From an uncultured Candidatus Saccharibacteria bacterium (GTDB taxonomy: Bacteria > Patescibacteriota > Saccharimonadia > Saccharimonadales > JACQNP01): a stretch of DNA of 64,000 nt. This document shows, one piece after another, positions 37,752 through 48,192 of this stretch. The notes beneath the pieces are model-generated. The model ran no database searches. It was not told the origin of the DNA and was given only the letters and a program-made list of their open reading frames with translations. Made by a program: the position numbers and the translations under genes. The stretch's first letter is position 1. The number at the start of each line of letters is the position of its first letter. The stretch lies in NCBI GenBank assembly GCA_964610775.1, contig CAZSZC010000002.1, forward strand, positions 33,600 through 97,599, given 5' to 3'.

Positions 37752-39527
37752 CTAAGCCTTTATGCCGTATGATTGTAGTTTTTGTTTAGTTTTCTCTGTC
37801 TTCTTACCTGTTTGTAGCTGTAATAATTGGGCATAAATGCCCCCCGTTTTGGCTAGTTCGGCCGGACTACCGACCTCATCAATAGTGCCATTCTTTAGCG
37901 TAACAATCGTGTCGACCGACTGGATCGTGCTTAATCTATGTGCAATTATCAGAGTGGTTCGTCCTCTCATCAAAATCTCCAATGCTTCCTGAACCATTCC
38001 TTCGCTTTTACTATCCAAACTACTTGTAGCTTCATCCAATACTAAAATAGGGGCGTTCTTCAACAGAGCCCTAGCTATCGCTATACGTTGCTTCTGACCG
38101 CCAGAAAGTTTCAAGCCCCTCTCACCAATTTCCGTATCATAACCCTTCTCAAACTTCTTTATGAAGTCATGTGCGTTGGCAGCCTTGGCGGCAGAAATCA
38201 CCTGTTTCTCGCTCGCGTGCGGATTAGCATAACTTATATTCTCTTTAATTGTGCCACTAAAAAGTGCTGGGTCCTGGAATACAACACCTATATTTTTTCG
38301 CAGAGAAGCCTGGGTTACTAGAGCTATATCTTGCCCATCAATCATGATCTTCCCTTGTTCTGGCTCATAGAGCCTCATTAGAATATTAGCAAGCGTGGTC
38401 TTACCTTCGCCACTTTCTCCAACCAAAGCAACTTTGGTATCGGGTTTAATTACTAGGTTGATGTTTTTCAAAACTGGCTGATTTTTGTCATAGCTAAACG
38501 AGATTTCACTGAATTCAATCTCACCGGCCTTTACCTTTAAAGTTTCGGCATTAACAATGTCTTTAATGTGCGACTGGATCCCCATCACTTCAAAGTAGTC
38601 TTTGCTGTCGGCAATCGCCCTCTGAGTACTGTCTACTAGAAAACTTATGGTAAATATAGGTATACGTATCTGCATGGCGTACAAAATTAAGGCTACAGTC
38701 GCACCAGGTGAATAATTACCTCGTGCGCCTTGTATAAATATGAAACTATATACAGCGAAAAAGATTATGTTCAAAACTAAGCGTCTCTCAATGTCTTTTT
38801 TATGCCAGTGTTTTGACTGTGGCACATTTATACTAACCGCTTTTTGCATATGACGATTAAAGAAAGATATTTCTCGTCTTTCTTGGTTGAAGCTTTTTAC
38901 GACCTTGATCTGATTAATGGCTTCCGCAAATCGCCCACTAGCAATATCAGCTTGATGGTTCTTTTTATGTTGATAATCTAACCATTTGCCACTACTTCTA
39001 ACCGTTAACCATATAAAAATCGGATAAAGCATAAGGAGCAATAACGCAACTTGCCAACTATATATTGCTACTACTACTAACGCAAAAACTGTGCCAAAAA
39101 TAAACTGCAAGAAATTATTGCTCATCATTTGCATAAAGTTACTTATCTGGGCAACTGAGCGATTCAAGCGATTGATGATTTTACCGCTTAGTTCTTTATC
39201 GAAATAACGCTGAGGTAAATCAAGCAAGTGTTCATAGTACTTATTGCCTAGAAGTTTATAGAGTCGAGCGGAAATTTGGTCACCATAGTAGCCACCAATA
39301 TTACTTATCAGAGTTATCCCAAGATCAGCAACAAAAATTCCTAAAGCAAGTAGCAATACATAATCAATCCGCGCACGACTACCCATTTTTATCTCATCAA
39401 TCGCCCACCCAGTTATAGCTGGTATCATTAGGTTGAGTAAAGCTATCGTGACCGAAAAGACACTAACCGCAACATACAAACGCCAAAGAGACGATGTGGT
39501 CTTTATTATCTTCAGCAAATACTTCAT
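37752..39527 (-). CDS. ABC exporter, fused permease/ATPase
   Basis: Multi-TM N-terminal domain, GESGEGKT, LSGGQKQR, LDEATS, IAHRLST. Confidence 0.93.
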   Translation of the reverse strand: MKYLLKIIKTTSSLWRLYVAVSVFSVTIALLNLMIPAITGWAIDEIKMGSRARIDYVLLLALGIFVADLGITLISNIGGYYGDQISARLYKLLGNKYYEHLLDLPQRYFDKELSGKIINRLNRSVAQISNFMQMMSNNFLQFIFGTVFALVVVAIYSWQVALLLLMLYPIFIWLTVRSSGKWLDYQHKKNHQADIASGRFAEAINQIKVVKSFNQERREISFFNRHMQKAVSINVPQSKHWHKKDIERRLVLNIIFFAVYSFIFIQGARGNYSPGATVALILYAMQIRIPIFTISFLVDSTQRAIADSKDYFEVMGIQSHIKDIVNAETLKVKAGEIEFSEISFSYDKNQPVLKNINLVIKPDTKVALVGESGEGKTTLANILMRLYEPEQGKIMIDGQDIALVTQASLRKNIGVVFQDPALFSGTIKENISYANPHASEKQVISAAKAANAHDFIKKFEKGYDTEIGERGLKLSGGQKQRIAIARALLKNAPILVLDEATSSLDSKSEGMVQEALEILMRGRTTLIIAHRLSTIQSVDTIVTLKNGTIDEVGSPAELAKTGGIYAQLLQLQTGKKTEKTKQKLQSYGIKA

Positions 39528-39532
39528 AAAGT

Positions 39533-42064
39533 CTAAAGTCTAGTTGCGCCTAGCTTTTTATGACTAGCTGTCGCTACTACATTTAATAAACTATTCACTT
39601 CATCAGTTACCAGGGTACGGTCGTTATGAGTCAGAGTTACTCGAAGTGTTATATTTTTGTGGTCATTTTCAGCCGGTTTATAAATATCTATTGGGCTTAG
39701 AGTAGCAGAGTATCCATGTTCTACTTCGGCTAATTTCAAAACGTCCCAAACGGTATTGTATACCTCTTGATAAGTTATTGAACCATTAACTTGCAAGCTT
39801 ATGTCTTGGTCAGTACTTGGAAAACGTGACAGAGGTGAGTATGCAGAATTTTGCTTCAGCTTTAGAAGCTGCTCAATATCTAGCTCAAAGCCGGCAATAA
39901 AATCTGGTAGCTTTAAGTTTTTTCGAACTTTCGATCGAAATTCACCAATCTCGCCAATAAATTCGCCGTCTTTATTCTTTACGATTGCTGAGCGCAAGGG
40001 TTCAAACGGCGCAAAAGCCTGTTTGGATACGTTTAGTTTGGGACTATAGTTTACCGTTGATTCAAACTGCGCTGTAAAGCCAAGTTCTTTTAGTAGGTAT
40101 TGCAAATATTTGCGAGCTTGGTAATACGGTGCGCCACTATACTTTGTGCTTGCCGTCTTATCATCAGCTACAACTACAAAAGCCAGCCGTTGTTCTTCTA
40201 TTGGCAAACCATCTTTATCCATAAAATCGTTGCAATGTGATTTGTTAATCTCAAATAGTGCGAATTCATCATGGCCAGCTTTTACATTCAAATAAATCTT
40301 ATCTAACAAACTCGGCATTAAGCTCAAGCGATAATATTGTAAATCTGGACTAAGAGCATTACTAAGCTTGAATGCTAGTTTCTTTTCCTGCCCAACCTTT
40401 TCTATCAAATCACCATGAACAAAGCTATAGGTTAATACTTCATTAGCCCCTGCAGCAGCCAACGTATTTCGAATCTTCTGCTTTAAATCAAGCATATGAT
40501 CCTTGGTTACGGGTGTATTTGTACGACTAGGCAATTGGAGTGGCAAATTATCATAACCATAGAGACGCCCTATTTCTTCTACAATATCTTCAGGTATATG
40601 AATATCAGTGCGCCAAAATGGATAATCAACAACTAGATCATCATCTTTGATGTCAACAACAAATTCGACATTCTCGAGTAGTCGTTTAATCTCGGCTTTG
40701 CTAAGTTTTGATCCAAGTCGCTCGTTAATAAAGGCTGCGCTCACTGTAACCTTCTTCTTTTCTGGCAAGCTGTTTTTTATATCAAAGACCTCAGAAGCTA
40801 CTACTCCACCGCAATTATCGACCACATCAGATATTATCTTAAATAAAATACGGTCGGTTTGATATATGCTCTGTCCCTTGGTAAAACGCGTCACAGCATC
40901 AGTAAAAAGACCATACTTCATGCTAGTTCTGCGTATGTTATACATATTGAAAGTTGCGCACTCTAGGATAATGTTTTTTGTGTTCTCGTCTACTTCGGTT
41001 TCTGAACCACCAATAACACCACCGACGCCAATAGCCTGCTTGTCAGTTGCAATTACAATTGTCGGTGCTTCGAACTCAATTGTCTTGCCGTTTAATAGTG
41101 CGATCTTTTCACCCTTTTTGGCTTTGCGAGCTTTTATTATAGGCATTTGGTCACTAAGCATTGCCACCTTGTCATAATCATAGGCGTGGAGCGGCTGACC
41201 AGTTAATAGGGAATAGTAGTTAGTTAGGTCAACTATGTTGTTAATGGGTTTAATGCCTACCTTGGCTAGTAATGACTGTAGCCAGATGGGGCTTGGCATA
41301 ACTTGTATGTCGCTCATCGCGACAGCCATAAATCTCGGCACAAATTCAGAATCCTCAACTTTAACTTCTAATGGTAAGTTGTCTATGATTTTGGGCTTTT
41401 CGCCATTTAAATACCAATCGGGACTATTGTAAGCAAGGCCTTGTATACCTGCCACTTCCCGAGCCACACCCAAAATACCAAAACAATCTGGCCGATGGGT
41501 AAACATCTTATTCTCAATTTCAACAATAATATCATCAAGTTCGTAGAGTTGCTTTAATGGAGTTCCAGGCCTAGTTAGACCTTCACCGACCTCATCTGCA
41601 TTAATCTCAAGAATTCCATCGTGATTATCGCTAATATCTAGCTCGGCGGGACTAGCCAGCATTCCATTGCTCACCTTGCCGCGTATTTCACGAACTTCCA
41701 AAACAAAAGGATCTTTATTGAACGTACTGGGGACGGTTGATCCAGGTGGTAACCAGGCCACGACAAGACCTTCTCGAACGTTTGGTGCGCCACAAACTAC
41801 TTGAACCAAGCCATCTTGTCCACGTTCTACACTTTCGGACTTTCCGCCATCATCAATTCTACAAACATGTAACTTATCAGCATCGGGGTGTTTTTCGCAC
41901 GACACAACTTTAGCAACCAATACTCCGTCATATCTAGATCCCCAATTAATTATCCCTTCAACCTCACCAAGCTGAGCTCCAATCTTACGGACAACCTCCT
42001 CAATACCCACAGATTTTAGATCAACATTGCTATAGTATTGGGCAGTATTGAGACTTACTTTCAT
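39533..42064 (-). CDS. pheT: Phenylalanine--tRNA ligase beta subunit
   Basis: HPDADKL, VCGAPN, RPDC, GQPLHAYD, R.DI....DIVEEIGRLYGY and a C-terminal FDX-ACB domain. Confidence 0.96.
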   Translation of the reverse strand: MKVSLNTAQYYSNVDLKSVGIEEVVRKIGAQLGEVEGIINWGSRYDGVLVAKVVSCEKHPDADKLHVCRIDDGGKSESVERGQDGLVQVVCGAPNVREGLVVAWLPPGSTVPSTFNKDPFVLEVREIRGKVSNGMLASPAELDISDNHDGILEINADEVGEGLTRPGTPLKQLYELDDIIVEIENKMFTHRPDCFGILGVAREVAGIQGLAYNSPDWYLNGEKPKIIDNLPLEVKVEDSEFVPRFMAVAMSDIQVMPSPIWLQSLLAKVGIKPINNIVDLTNYYSLLTGQPLHAYDYDKVAMLSDQMPIIKARKAKKGEKIALLNGKTIEFEAPTIVIATDKQAIGVGGVIGGSETEVDENTKNIILECATFNMYNIRRTSMKYGLFTDAVTRFTKGQSIYQTDRILFKIISDVVDNCGGVVASEVFDIKNSLPEKKKVTVSAAFINERLGSKLSKAEIKRLLENVEFVVDIKDDDLVVDYPFWRTDIHIPEDIVEEIGRLYGYDNLPLQLPSRTNTPVTKDHMLDLKQKIRNTLAAAGANEVLTYSFVHGDLIEKVGQEKKLAFKLSNALSPDLQYYRLSLMPSLLDKIYLNVKAGHDEFALFEINKSHCNDFMDKDGLPIEEQRLAFVVVADDKTASTKYSGAPYYQARKYLQYLLKELGFTAQFESTVNYSPKLNVSKQAFAPFEPLRSAIVKNKDGEFIGEIGEFRSKVRKNLKLPDFIAGFELDIEQLLKLKQNSAYSPLSRFPSTDQDISLQVNGSITYQEVYNTVWDVLKLAEVEHGYSATLSPIDIYKPAENDHKNITLRVTLTHNDRTLVTDEVNSLLNVVATASHKKLGATRL

Positions 42065-43098
42065 GCGAATTGCCTCAAGAAGTCTAATTTTGCTGATTCA
42101 AAATGCCTAACATCCTCTATTCCATATTTCATCATTACTAATCTGTCCAGACCTAGACCGCCAGCAAATCCAGTATAAACAGTCGGATCAATACCCCCCA
42201 TTTTTAGAACATTTGGGCTAATCATTCCGCAGCCCAATAACTCAATCCAGCCAGATTGACTGCAAACATAACAGCCTTTTTTCTGACAAAATGGGCAACT
42301 TAGCGCCATCTCAAAACTGGGTTCTGTGAATGGAAAATAAAATGGTTGGGTACGTATTTCAATCTTCTGCTGATAATATTCTTCCAAAAATGTCTTAAAA
42401 GTAGCTGTTAGATTACCGACATTTATATTTTTGTCGATATAGCTAATCTCAACTTGGTAAAAAGTATGCTCATGGCGGGCATCAACATCCTCATTACGAA
42501 AAGTGCGACCAGTATAAACTACTGCGATTGGGTTGCCTTCGTCTAGATTATTTTTATACTTTTTCTGGAGGCGATTCTGCATAACACTAACGTGTGCTGG
42601 TGCTATTAGACCTTCTGTAGTGATAAACGTATCGTAGTCATCACGCGCCGGATGACCAATCGGAAAGTTTAGGCTATCAAACATGTGGTATTCGTCATCG
42701 AGTTGGCGCGAATCCATATGTACGAATCCCATACGGGCAAAAATATCTATTACTTTATCTAGTTCCGTCATTAATGGATGGATACTTCCCTTTTCGGCGG
42801 TTAGTAATCTAGGCCGCTTATCCGTCGATGTATTAATATCAAAAGGTGCTGTCACATCGATCGATTCTACAACTTCATGCGAATCCACACTTTGCTCAAC
42901 CAGCTTTGTTAGCTCGTTTTTAAGATCATTGATTTCTTTGCCAAAACTAGCTCGTTCTGGCGGGTCAAGCTGCGGAAGCTCCGCATATAGTGCTTTTAAT
43001 TCTGTAGCACGCAAAATAGACCCCTTATCATCTAACGAATCTATCCTTTTAATTAGCTGTTCTGCAACATCAGCAATACGGGAATGTTTATAACTCAT
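42061..43098 (-). CDS. pheS: Phenylalanine--tRNA ligase alpha subunit
   Basis: HPARD, FRNEDVDARHEHTFYQVE, FPFTEPS, WIELLGCGM, GLGLDRL. Start revised to ATG 43098. Confidence 0.95.
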   Translation of the reverse strand: MSYKHSRIADVAEQLIKRIDSLDDKGSILRATELKALYAELPQLDPPERASFGKEINDLKNELTKLVEQSVDSHEVVESIDVTAPFDINTSTDKRPRLLTAEKGSIHPLMTELDKVIDIFARMGFVHMDSRQLDDEYHMFDSLNFPIGHPARDDYDTFITTEGLIAPAHVSVMQNRLQKKYKNNLDEGNPIAVVYTGRTFRNEDVDARHEHTFYQVEISYIDKNINVGNLTATFKTFLEEYYQQKIEIRTQPFYFPFTEPSFEMALSCPFCQKKGCYVCSQSGWIELLGCGMISPNVLKMGGIDPTVYTGFAGGLGLDRLVMMKYGIEDVRHFESAKLDFLRQFA

Positions 43099-43129
43099 TT
43101 GATGTATATTATACCGCCGTGGTATTGGT

Positions 43130-43903
43130 TCACACAACCTTTGCAAGCTTCATCACAGCTCTGGCAGTTTTGAACCTATGTGATGGCTGATCGATCACAT
43201 ATAAATCAGCGTTAGCAAGACTAATAAAGTCATCAGAATTAGTAGTGTCGATCAGTACGTTCCCTGCGTTCATTCTTCCATTCCTCCAGATGTCATCAAC
43301 AGCAAATCTTAAAACAGTGTCCGCTAATGCTTTTGAGGTCCTATCGCATATTAGCCCAACAAGGCTGCGATAATCATCATCAAACTTCCAACCATTACTT
43401 AAACTAGATACTGTTCTGAAAGGACTAACCACTCTTTCCTGCAAACTTACAAAAACACCATCACTACTCCTCGCAGCCATATATTGTCTAGGAACACTGA
43501 TACCATCTTCGGGCTTGGCACTCAACTCACTTCGAACCCGATCCAAAAACATTGTTTGGACTATAAGATCTTCTGGGTCTCCCTTTTTTGGATCACCAAG
43601 AAAGTGCGCTTGCTTACTAATTTGGCTGGATGACATTTTGACGCAAATTTCGGGTATTTCAGGGACTGCTGATACTCGACCGTGTTTACCCATCCCAATA
43701 AACTCATACTCCCCCCTTCCCTCTGGATGGCTTAATTCACTTTCGACAACCTCAGAAAAAATATCAAGAATATTTAGATTTGACTCAATTAACTCGTGGC
43801 CATCATCTGTTATAAATACTTCGGCAAACCGACTAAAAGGACGTGGATTCATTTGCACTATTTTAACACTTTTTAGATTTTTGTTCAATGTTGGGGTACT
43901 CAA
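43130..43903 (-). CDS. Orphan protein with protein-kinase-like fold
   Basis: FIGMGKHGRV (GxGxxGxV), ICVK, LQERV hinge, DDIW...NAGNVLI catalytic loop, YVIDQP. Confidence 0.6.
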   Translation of the reverse strand: MSTPTLNKNLKSVKIVQMNPRPFSRFAEVFITDDGHELIESNLNILDIFSEVVESELSHPEGRGEYEFIGMGKHGRVSAVPEIPEICVKMSSSQISKQAHFLGDPKKGDPEDLIVQTMFLDRVRSELSAKPEDGISVPRQYMAARSSDGVFVSLQERVVSPFRTVSSLSNGWKFDDDYRSLVGLICDRTSKALADTVLRFAVDDIWRNGRMNAGNVLIDTTNSDDFISLANADLYVIDQPSHRFKTARAVMKLAKVV

Positions 43904-43926
43904 GATTTTCTTGTAGAATTGTAAGT

Positions 43927-44424
43927 ATGGGAAATTTTTCTTTTGATATAGTTTCGGATTACGATAAAGCAGAGATGAATAATGTGTTCGATCAGGCTCA
44001 GCGCGAGCTAGATAATCGCTATGATTTTAAAGGTACTAGCGCCCAACTAGAATGGTTAAATGGCGATAAGAGCGGCCTTAAGATAACCGGTGATAGTGAT
44101 TACCAAATCGAAGCAATCCTAGACATTGTTAGGAAAAAGTTAGCAGCTCGCGACCAAAGTCAAAAAACTCTAGATACCAGTTTTGAAGCAGTAGTTAGTA
44201 ACCTAAAAACTACCAAGGATGTACCCTTCAAACGAGGGCTTGACCAAGAAAAAGCCAAAAAAATCACTAAACTCCTGCGCGATGAAACTCCAAAAATCAA
44301 AACTCAAATTCAAGGCGAAGAAGTCCGCGTAACTAGTGGCAGTAAAGACGACTTACAATCTGCAATTCAACTATTAAGAAGCCAGGATTTCGACTTTCCG
44401 CTAAGTTTTACTAACTTCCGCTAG
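43927..44424 (+). CDS. yajQ: YajQ-family nucleotide/c-di-GMP-binding protein
   Basis: SFDIVS, NRYDFKGT, QIQGEEVRVT..SKDDLQ, F.NFR. Start revised to ATG 43927. Confidence 0.93.
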   Translation: MGNFSFDIVSDYDKAEMNNVFDQAQRELDNRYDFKGTSAQLEWLNGDKSGLKITGDSDYQIEAILDIVRKKLAARDQSQKTLDTSFEAVVSNLKTTKDVPFKRGLDQEKAKKITKLLRDETPKIKTQIQGEEVRVTSGSKDDLQSAIQLLRSQDFDFPLSFTNFR

Positions 44425-44920
44425 ATAAATTTTTGTACATCAGGGACTCCGTTATAAAACTTATTGACCCAATAACAAATCCAATCAAACCAACTATTAT
44501 AACTAGTCTCAAATCAAGGGCCCACATAAAACCGACTAACGGGACAAAAAGCAGCCAACCAACACTGTTAACGATAATGCAAAATATAACAAAGCCAATG
44601 GGCAGAAAAAACTTAGTATATATGTACTGTAATAATCTATGCACAACTCTAGCAATAAACCACCAAACCGCAATACTTACAAAACAAAGAACAATAATGG
44701 ATGATGATTGATATGTAAGCTCAGGTTGCGGCAAGGACTGATCATATGAAAAACTCTGATTGGAATTTAGTGTACTAAGGAGTGTATAAAGACCGGACGC
44801 TGCAACAAAAAGCCAAGCAACGGCGATAGAAAAGTAACCCGGGAAGCTAATTATTTTGACTAAAAGGGTTTCTTCTGGCTGCTTAACTATTTCGGGTTTA
44901 TATTTAAATCTTTTTTTCAT
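44411..44920 (-). CDS. Hypothetical 4-TM membrane protein
   Basis: Four hydrophobic segments. Confidence 0.6.
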   Translation of the reverse strand: MKKRFKYKPEIVKQPEETLLVKIISFPGYFSIAVAWLFVAASGLYTLLSTLNSNQSFSYDQSLPQPELTYQSSSIIVLCFVSIAVWWFIARVVHRLLQYIYTKFFLPIGFVIFCIIVNSVGWLLFVPLVGFMWALDLRLVIIVGLIGFVIGSISFITESLMYKNLSSGS

Positions 44921-44957
44921 AACACTAAATATATTCTACAATAAACATGAGCGATAT

Positions 44958-46277
44958 ATGGAAGATACACAAACAATCCTCGAGACTTGTCAATCAGTTC
45001 TAAATACCAATGACCAGGGTAGCTATACCGTTCCAGCAACTGGGATGTACCCTCATCAATGGCTATGGGACAGTTGTTTTATCTCCATTGGTCAACGACA
45101 TATAGATGTTGAGAGAGCAAAACAAGAGCTACTTAGCTTAAAGAGGGGTCAGTGGGCTAACGGCATGCTGCCAAATATGATTCTTAGTAAAACCGGTCAC
45201 CATATACGACACGGTAACGTATGGCGAAGCTGGTTAAATCCTAACTCGCCCGACGGTATAGTCACGAGTGGAATAACTCAACCACCAATGTTAGCTGAGG
45301 CAGTTGTTAAAATTGGCGAAAAAATGTTAAAAAGCGAGCGACTTAATTGGTATCAAACCATGTATCCGGTTATCTTAGCGTACCACCAATGGCTCTATAA
45401 TGACCGCGACCCACACAGTGAAGGCCTAGTACTGCAAATACATCCGTGGGAGACTGGCTTAGACAATACGCCGCCATGGATGCAGGAACTAATCGATCAT
45501 CAATTGCCATTATGGGTAAGATCAGTGAGTTTTTTGCACCTTGAACCACTTATTAATATGATTCGCAGCGACACTAAATTTGTTCATGCTAGCGAACGCC
45601 TATCAACCCTTGAAGCAATGGCACTTTACAGCGTACAGCGCCGACTCAGGCGCAAGAACTATGATACCGAGAGGATTTTGACACATTCGCTTTTTGCAAT
45701 TGAAGACGCTACGTTTAACGCTATATTTATTCGCGCCAATCAACACTTGATACAAATAGCAAAAGACTTACGAAAAATAATTCCGAGTGAGTTAGAAGAA
45801 AAAATTGAACGCAGTAAAGTAGCTTATGAACAGCTATGGGACCCCTACGCTGGTCAGTACTATTCACGCGAATTTGTAACTCATAAACTAATTAAGATAC
45901 CAAGTATCGCTACCCTAATGCCATTGTATGCTGGTTCAATATCCAAAGAGCGAGCCCGCAAACTAGTACGTCTGCTTGAAGATTCGCACCAATTTGGCAC
46001 AAACTATCCAGTGCCAAGCGTTCCATTAAGTTCTGAATGGTTTCAGGCCCATCGCTACTGGCAAGGACCAACTTGGATCAATACAAACTGGCTCATTATT
46101 GACGGTCTAAAACGATACGGTTTTAACGACCATGCAGAAACTTTAAAAGAAACTACTATCGAACTGGTCGAGAAGTCAGGTTGTTATGAGTATTTTAGTC
46201 CAATAGACGGCTCACCGGCAGGTATAGCAAACTTTTCTTGGACTGCTGCACTTACTATCGACTTACTCAACTCTTAG
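44958..46277 (+). CDS. GH63/MGH1-like glycoside hydrolase (glucosylglycerate/mannosylglycerate hydrolase-like)
   Basis: YPHQWLWDS, TQPP, HPWETGLDN, YWQGPTW, EYF, FSWTAA. Start revised to ATG 44958. Confidence 0.85.
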   Translation: MEDTQTILETCQSVLNTNDQGSYTVPATGMYPHQWLWDSCFISIGQRHIDVERAKQELLSLKRGQWANGMLPNMILSKTGHHIRHGNVWRSWLNPNSPDGIVTSGITQPPMLAEAVVKIGEKMLKSERLNWYQTMYPVILAYHQWLYNDRDPHSEGLVLQIHPWETGLDNTPPWMQELIDHQLPLWVRSVSFLHLEPLINMIRSDTKFVHASERLSTLEAMALYSVQRRLRRKNYDTERILTHSLFAIEDATFNAIFIRANQHLIQIAKDLRKIIPSELEEKIERSKVAYEQLWDPYAGQYYSREFVTHKLIKIPSIATLMPLYAGSISKERARKLVRLLEDSHQFGTNYPVPSVPLSSEWFQAHRYWQGPTWINTNWLIIDGLKRYGFNDHAETLKETTIELVEKSGCYEYFSPIDGSPAGIANFSWTAALTIDLLNS

Positions 46278-47338
46278 TCTATAGAAATATCACTGAGTTC
46301 TTTTTTATCAACAGTGTTTTCTGAGTAATCAGTTATCTGGTCTACTACTTTAGTTAAGGCCCTGTTGCGCGTTCCCTCAACCTCTAGATAAGTTCTTTGC
46401 ACCGTTTCAAGCTGCTTGCCTAGTCGCTCAACGCTTTCACCGAACTTGCCATACTCCACTTGGAACTTCTCGATTAAACCAAAAATCTGCTGTAGACCCT
46501 TTTCATATTTAAAGTTCTTGTATGCCTGTAATACTAATCTGAGTACCGCCGTGAATCCAAATGGACCAGCCAAAACGACTTTCTTCTTGTTACAGTATTC
46601 GTTTATATCTGGCAATTTTTCGTAAATAAAACTAAATATCATTTCATTAGGTATAAACATGACGACAAAATCTAGGGTATTATCCTGAGGATTAATGTAG
46701 TCTCTGGTCGACACCTCGTTAACTTTAGTCTTGACGGCAGTTCTGAACGACGCGATTGCATCGTTTCTGGCTCGCTCCGTTTTAGCTTCTTGATAAGCAA
46801 TAAGGTCGTCAAATGGAAACTTGGCATCAACATTTAACTTAGAGCCATCGGGCAACAATATTGTAAAATCTGGTATTCCTGAGCCAGAAGATGTTTGTTT
46901 AAGATAGTTGATTTTTTCAACAAAACCAGCCGCCAATAGTAAATCTTCAGCAACTTGCTCGCCCCAGTTACCGCGAAGCTTGTTATTAGAAAGAAGTTTT
47001 CTTAAGCTTTCAGTAGACACCTGTAATCCCTCAGTAATCTTTGCGGTATTGGCAAGCTGTTCTCGAATTGCTGCGTTTTGTTTTTTCAAGTCACCAACTT
47101 CATTACGACCACCTTCTAGCTGCTTCTCTAAACCTTTGACTATTTCCTGAAGTAACTTTTGATTATCATTAAGTATTCCCTTGACACCAGATTCAATTTC
47201 TTCTTTATCGTTCTTACGCTGTTGATTGTTGAGGTTTGTCAGCTTAATTACAGTTTTCTGAAACACAAAGTAACTGAGTGCGATACTGACACAGACCACT
47301 ATAAATATTACGATAATCAAAACTGCACTTATATTCAT
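46274..47338 (-). CDS. rmuC: DNA recombination protein RmuC
   Basis: N-terminal TM and coiled coil, RGNWGE, PD..I.LP, VDAKFP, DFVVMFIPNE. Confidence 0.92.
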   Translation of the reverse strand: MNISAVLIIVIFIVVCVSIALSYFVFQKTVIKLTNLNNQQRKNDKEEIESGVKGILNDNQKLLQEIVKGLEKQLEGGRNEVGDLKKQNAAIREQLANTAKITEGLQVSTESLRKLLSNNKLRGNWGEQVAEDLLLAAGFVEKINYLKQTSSGSGIPDFTILLPDGSKLNVDAKFPFDDLIAYQEAKTERARNDAIASFRTAVKTKVNEVSTRDYINPQDNTLDFVVMFIPNEMIFSFIYEKLPDINEYCNKKKVVLAGPFGFTAVLRLVLQAYKNFKYEKGLQQIFGLIEKFQVEYGKFGESVERLGKQLETVQRTYLEVEGTRNRALTKVVDQITDYSENTVDKKELSDISID

Positions 47339-47357
47339 ATCTATTAGTATAGCTTAC

Positions 47358-48116
47358 TTAAGTGACTAAAATATGTGTCATCTCAATAGCAAACCCTACG
47401 ACAATAACACCCATTAAGAGCATAATTACTTGACTATCAAAAAGCGCTCTGTTGGAAGCATGGTCGTGAATATCGGGAATAATATCGCTGAGAGCAATAT
47501 ATAGCAAGAAACCAGCACTAAGCCCAAGCAATACACCTACAGGAAGGGCTTCGGTAGTACCAAGTGAATACACAATGACTGCCACTATCACAGTCGCAAA
47601 ATTACTCAGCATAGTTATTATAAGAGCTCGAGCGCGTGCTAGATTCTTATGTACAAGCAAACCAAAATCAGCTGCGTTATGAGGTACTTCATGAATTGCG
47701 ACTGCGAAAGTTGTAACAATACCGGTTGGAACATTTATCAAAAATGCTGCGGCAATAGCAACCCCATCTAACGCATTATGCATACCATTACCGACGATAA
47801 TGAGCGGTATTGACGGATCGCGTTTACTATCTAAAGACTCATGATTATGATGAAACCAGTCTAGAAACCTCTCGGCCAAAAAAAACAACAATATTCCAAC
47901 CAGCACGGACAGGAGAAGAGTGCTCGAAAGTGAGTATTCTAAGCCATCTTTGAGTAGATCAAGAAACACGGCGGATAGCAGTGCGCCAGCAGCAAATGGA
48001 GTAGCTAAGTGTATAATCTTGCGATTATGTTTAGTACCGATAAACAATAGGATGCAGCCCAACAATGAAAACATCGCACCTAGTGAACTTACTAATATAA
48101 CTTGTTTTAAATTCAT
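47358..48116 (-). CDS. ZIP-family metal (zinc) transporter
   Basis: FAAGALL, His-rich loop HHNHE, HNALDG, HEVPH. Confidence 0.9.
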   Translation of the reverse strand: MNLKQVILVSSLGAMFSLLGCILLFIGTKHNRKIIHLATPFAAGALLSAVFLDLLKDGLEYSLSSTLLLSVLVGILLFFLAERFLDWFHHNHESLDSKRDPSIPLIIVGNGMHNALDGVAIAAAFLINVPTGIVTTFAVAIHEVPHNAADFGLLVHKNLARARALIITMLSNFATVIVAVIVYSLGTTEALPVGVLLGLSAGFLLYIALSDIIPDIHDHASNRALFDSQVIMLLMGVIVVGFAIEMTHILVT

Positions 48117-48156
48117 ACAGTTACTCCTTAAATAGTTTAGATTTTATGGTACTTTT

Positions 48157-48173
48157 TTGCAATTTTGTCGCAA
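48157..48173. promoter_or_regulatory. Candidate Fur/Zur operator
   Basis: Imperfect dyad TTGCAA-N5-TCGCAA between the divergent ZIP and Fur-family genes, just upstream of a TGn-TATATT -10 (48181-48186). Confidence 0.4.
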
Positions 48174-48192
48174 TTTATGTTATATTTGCAAC

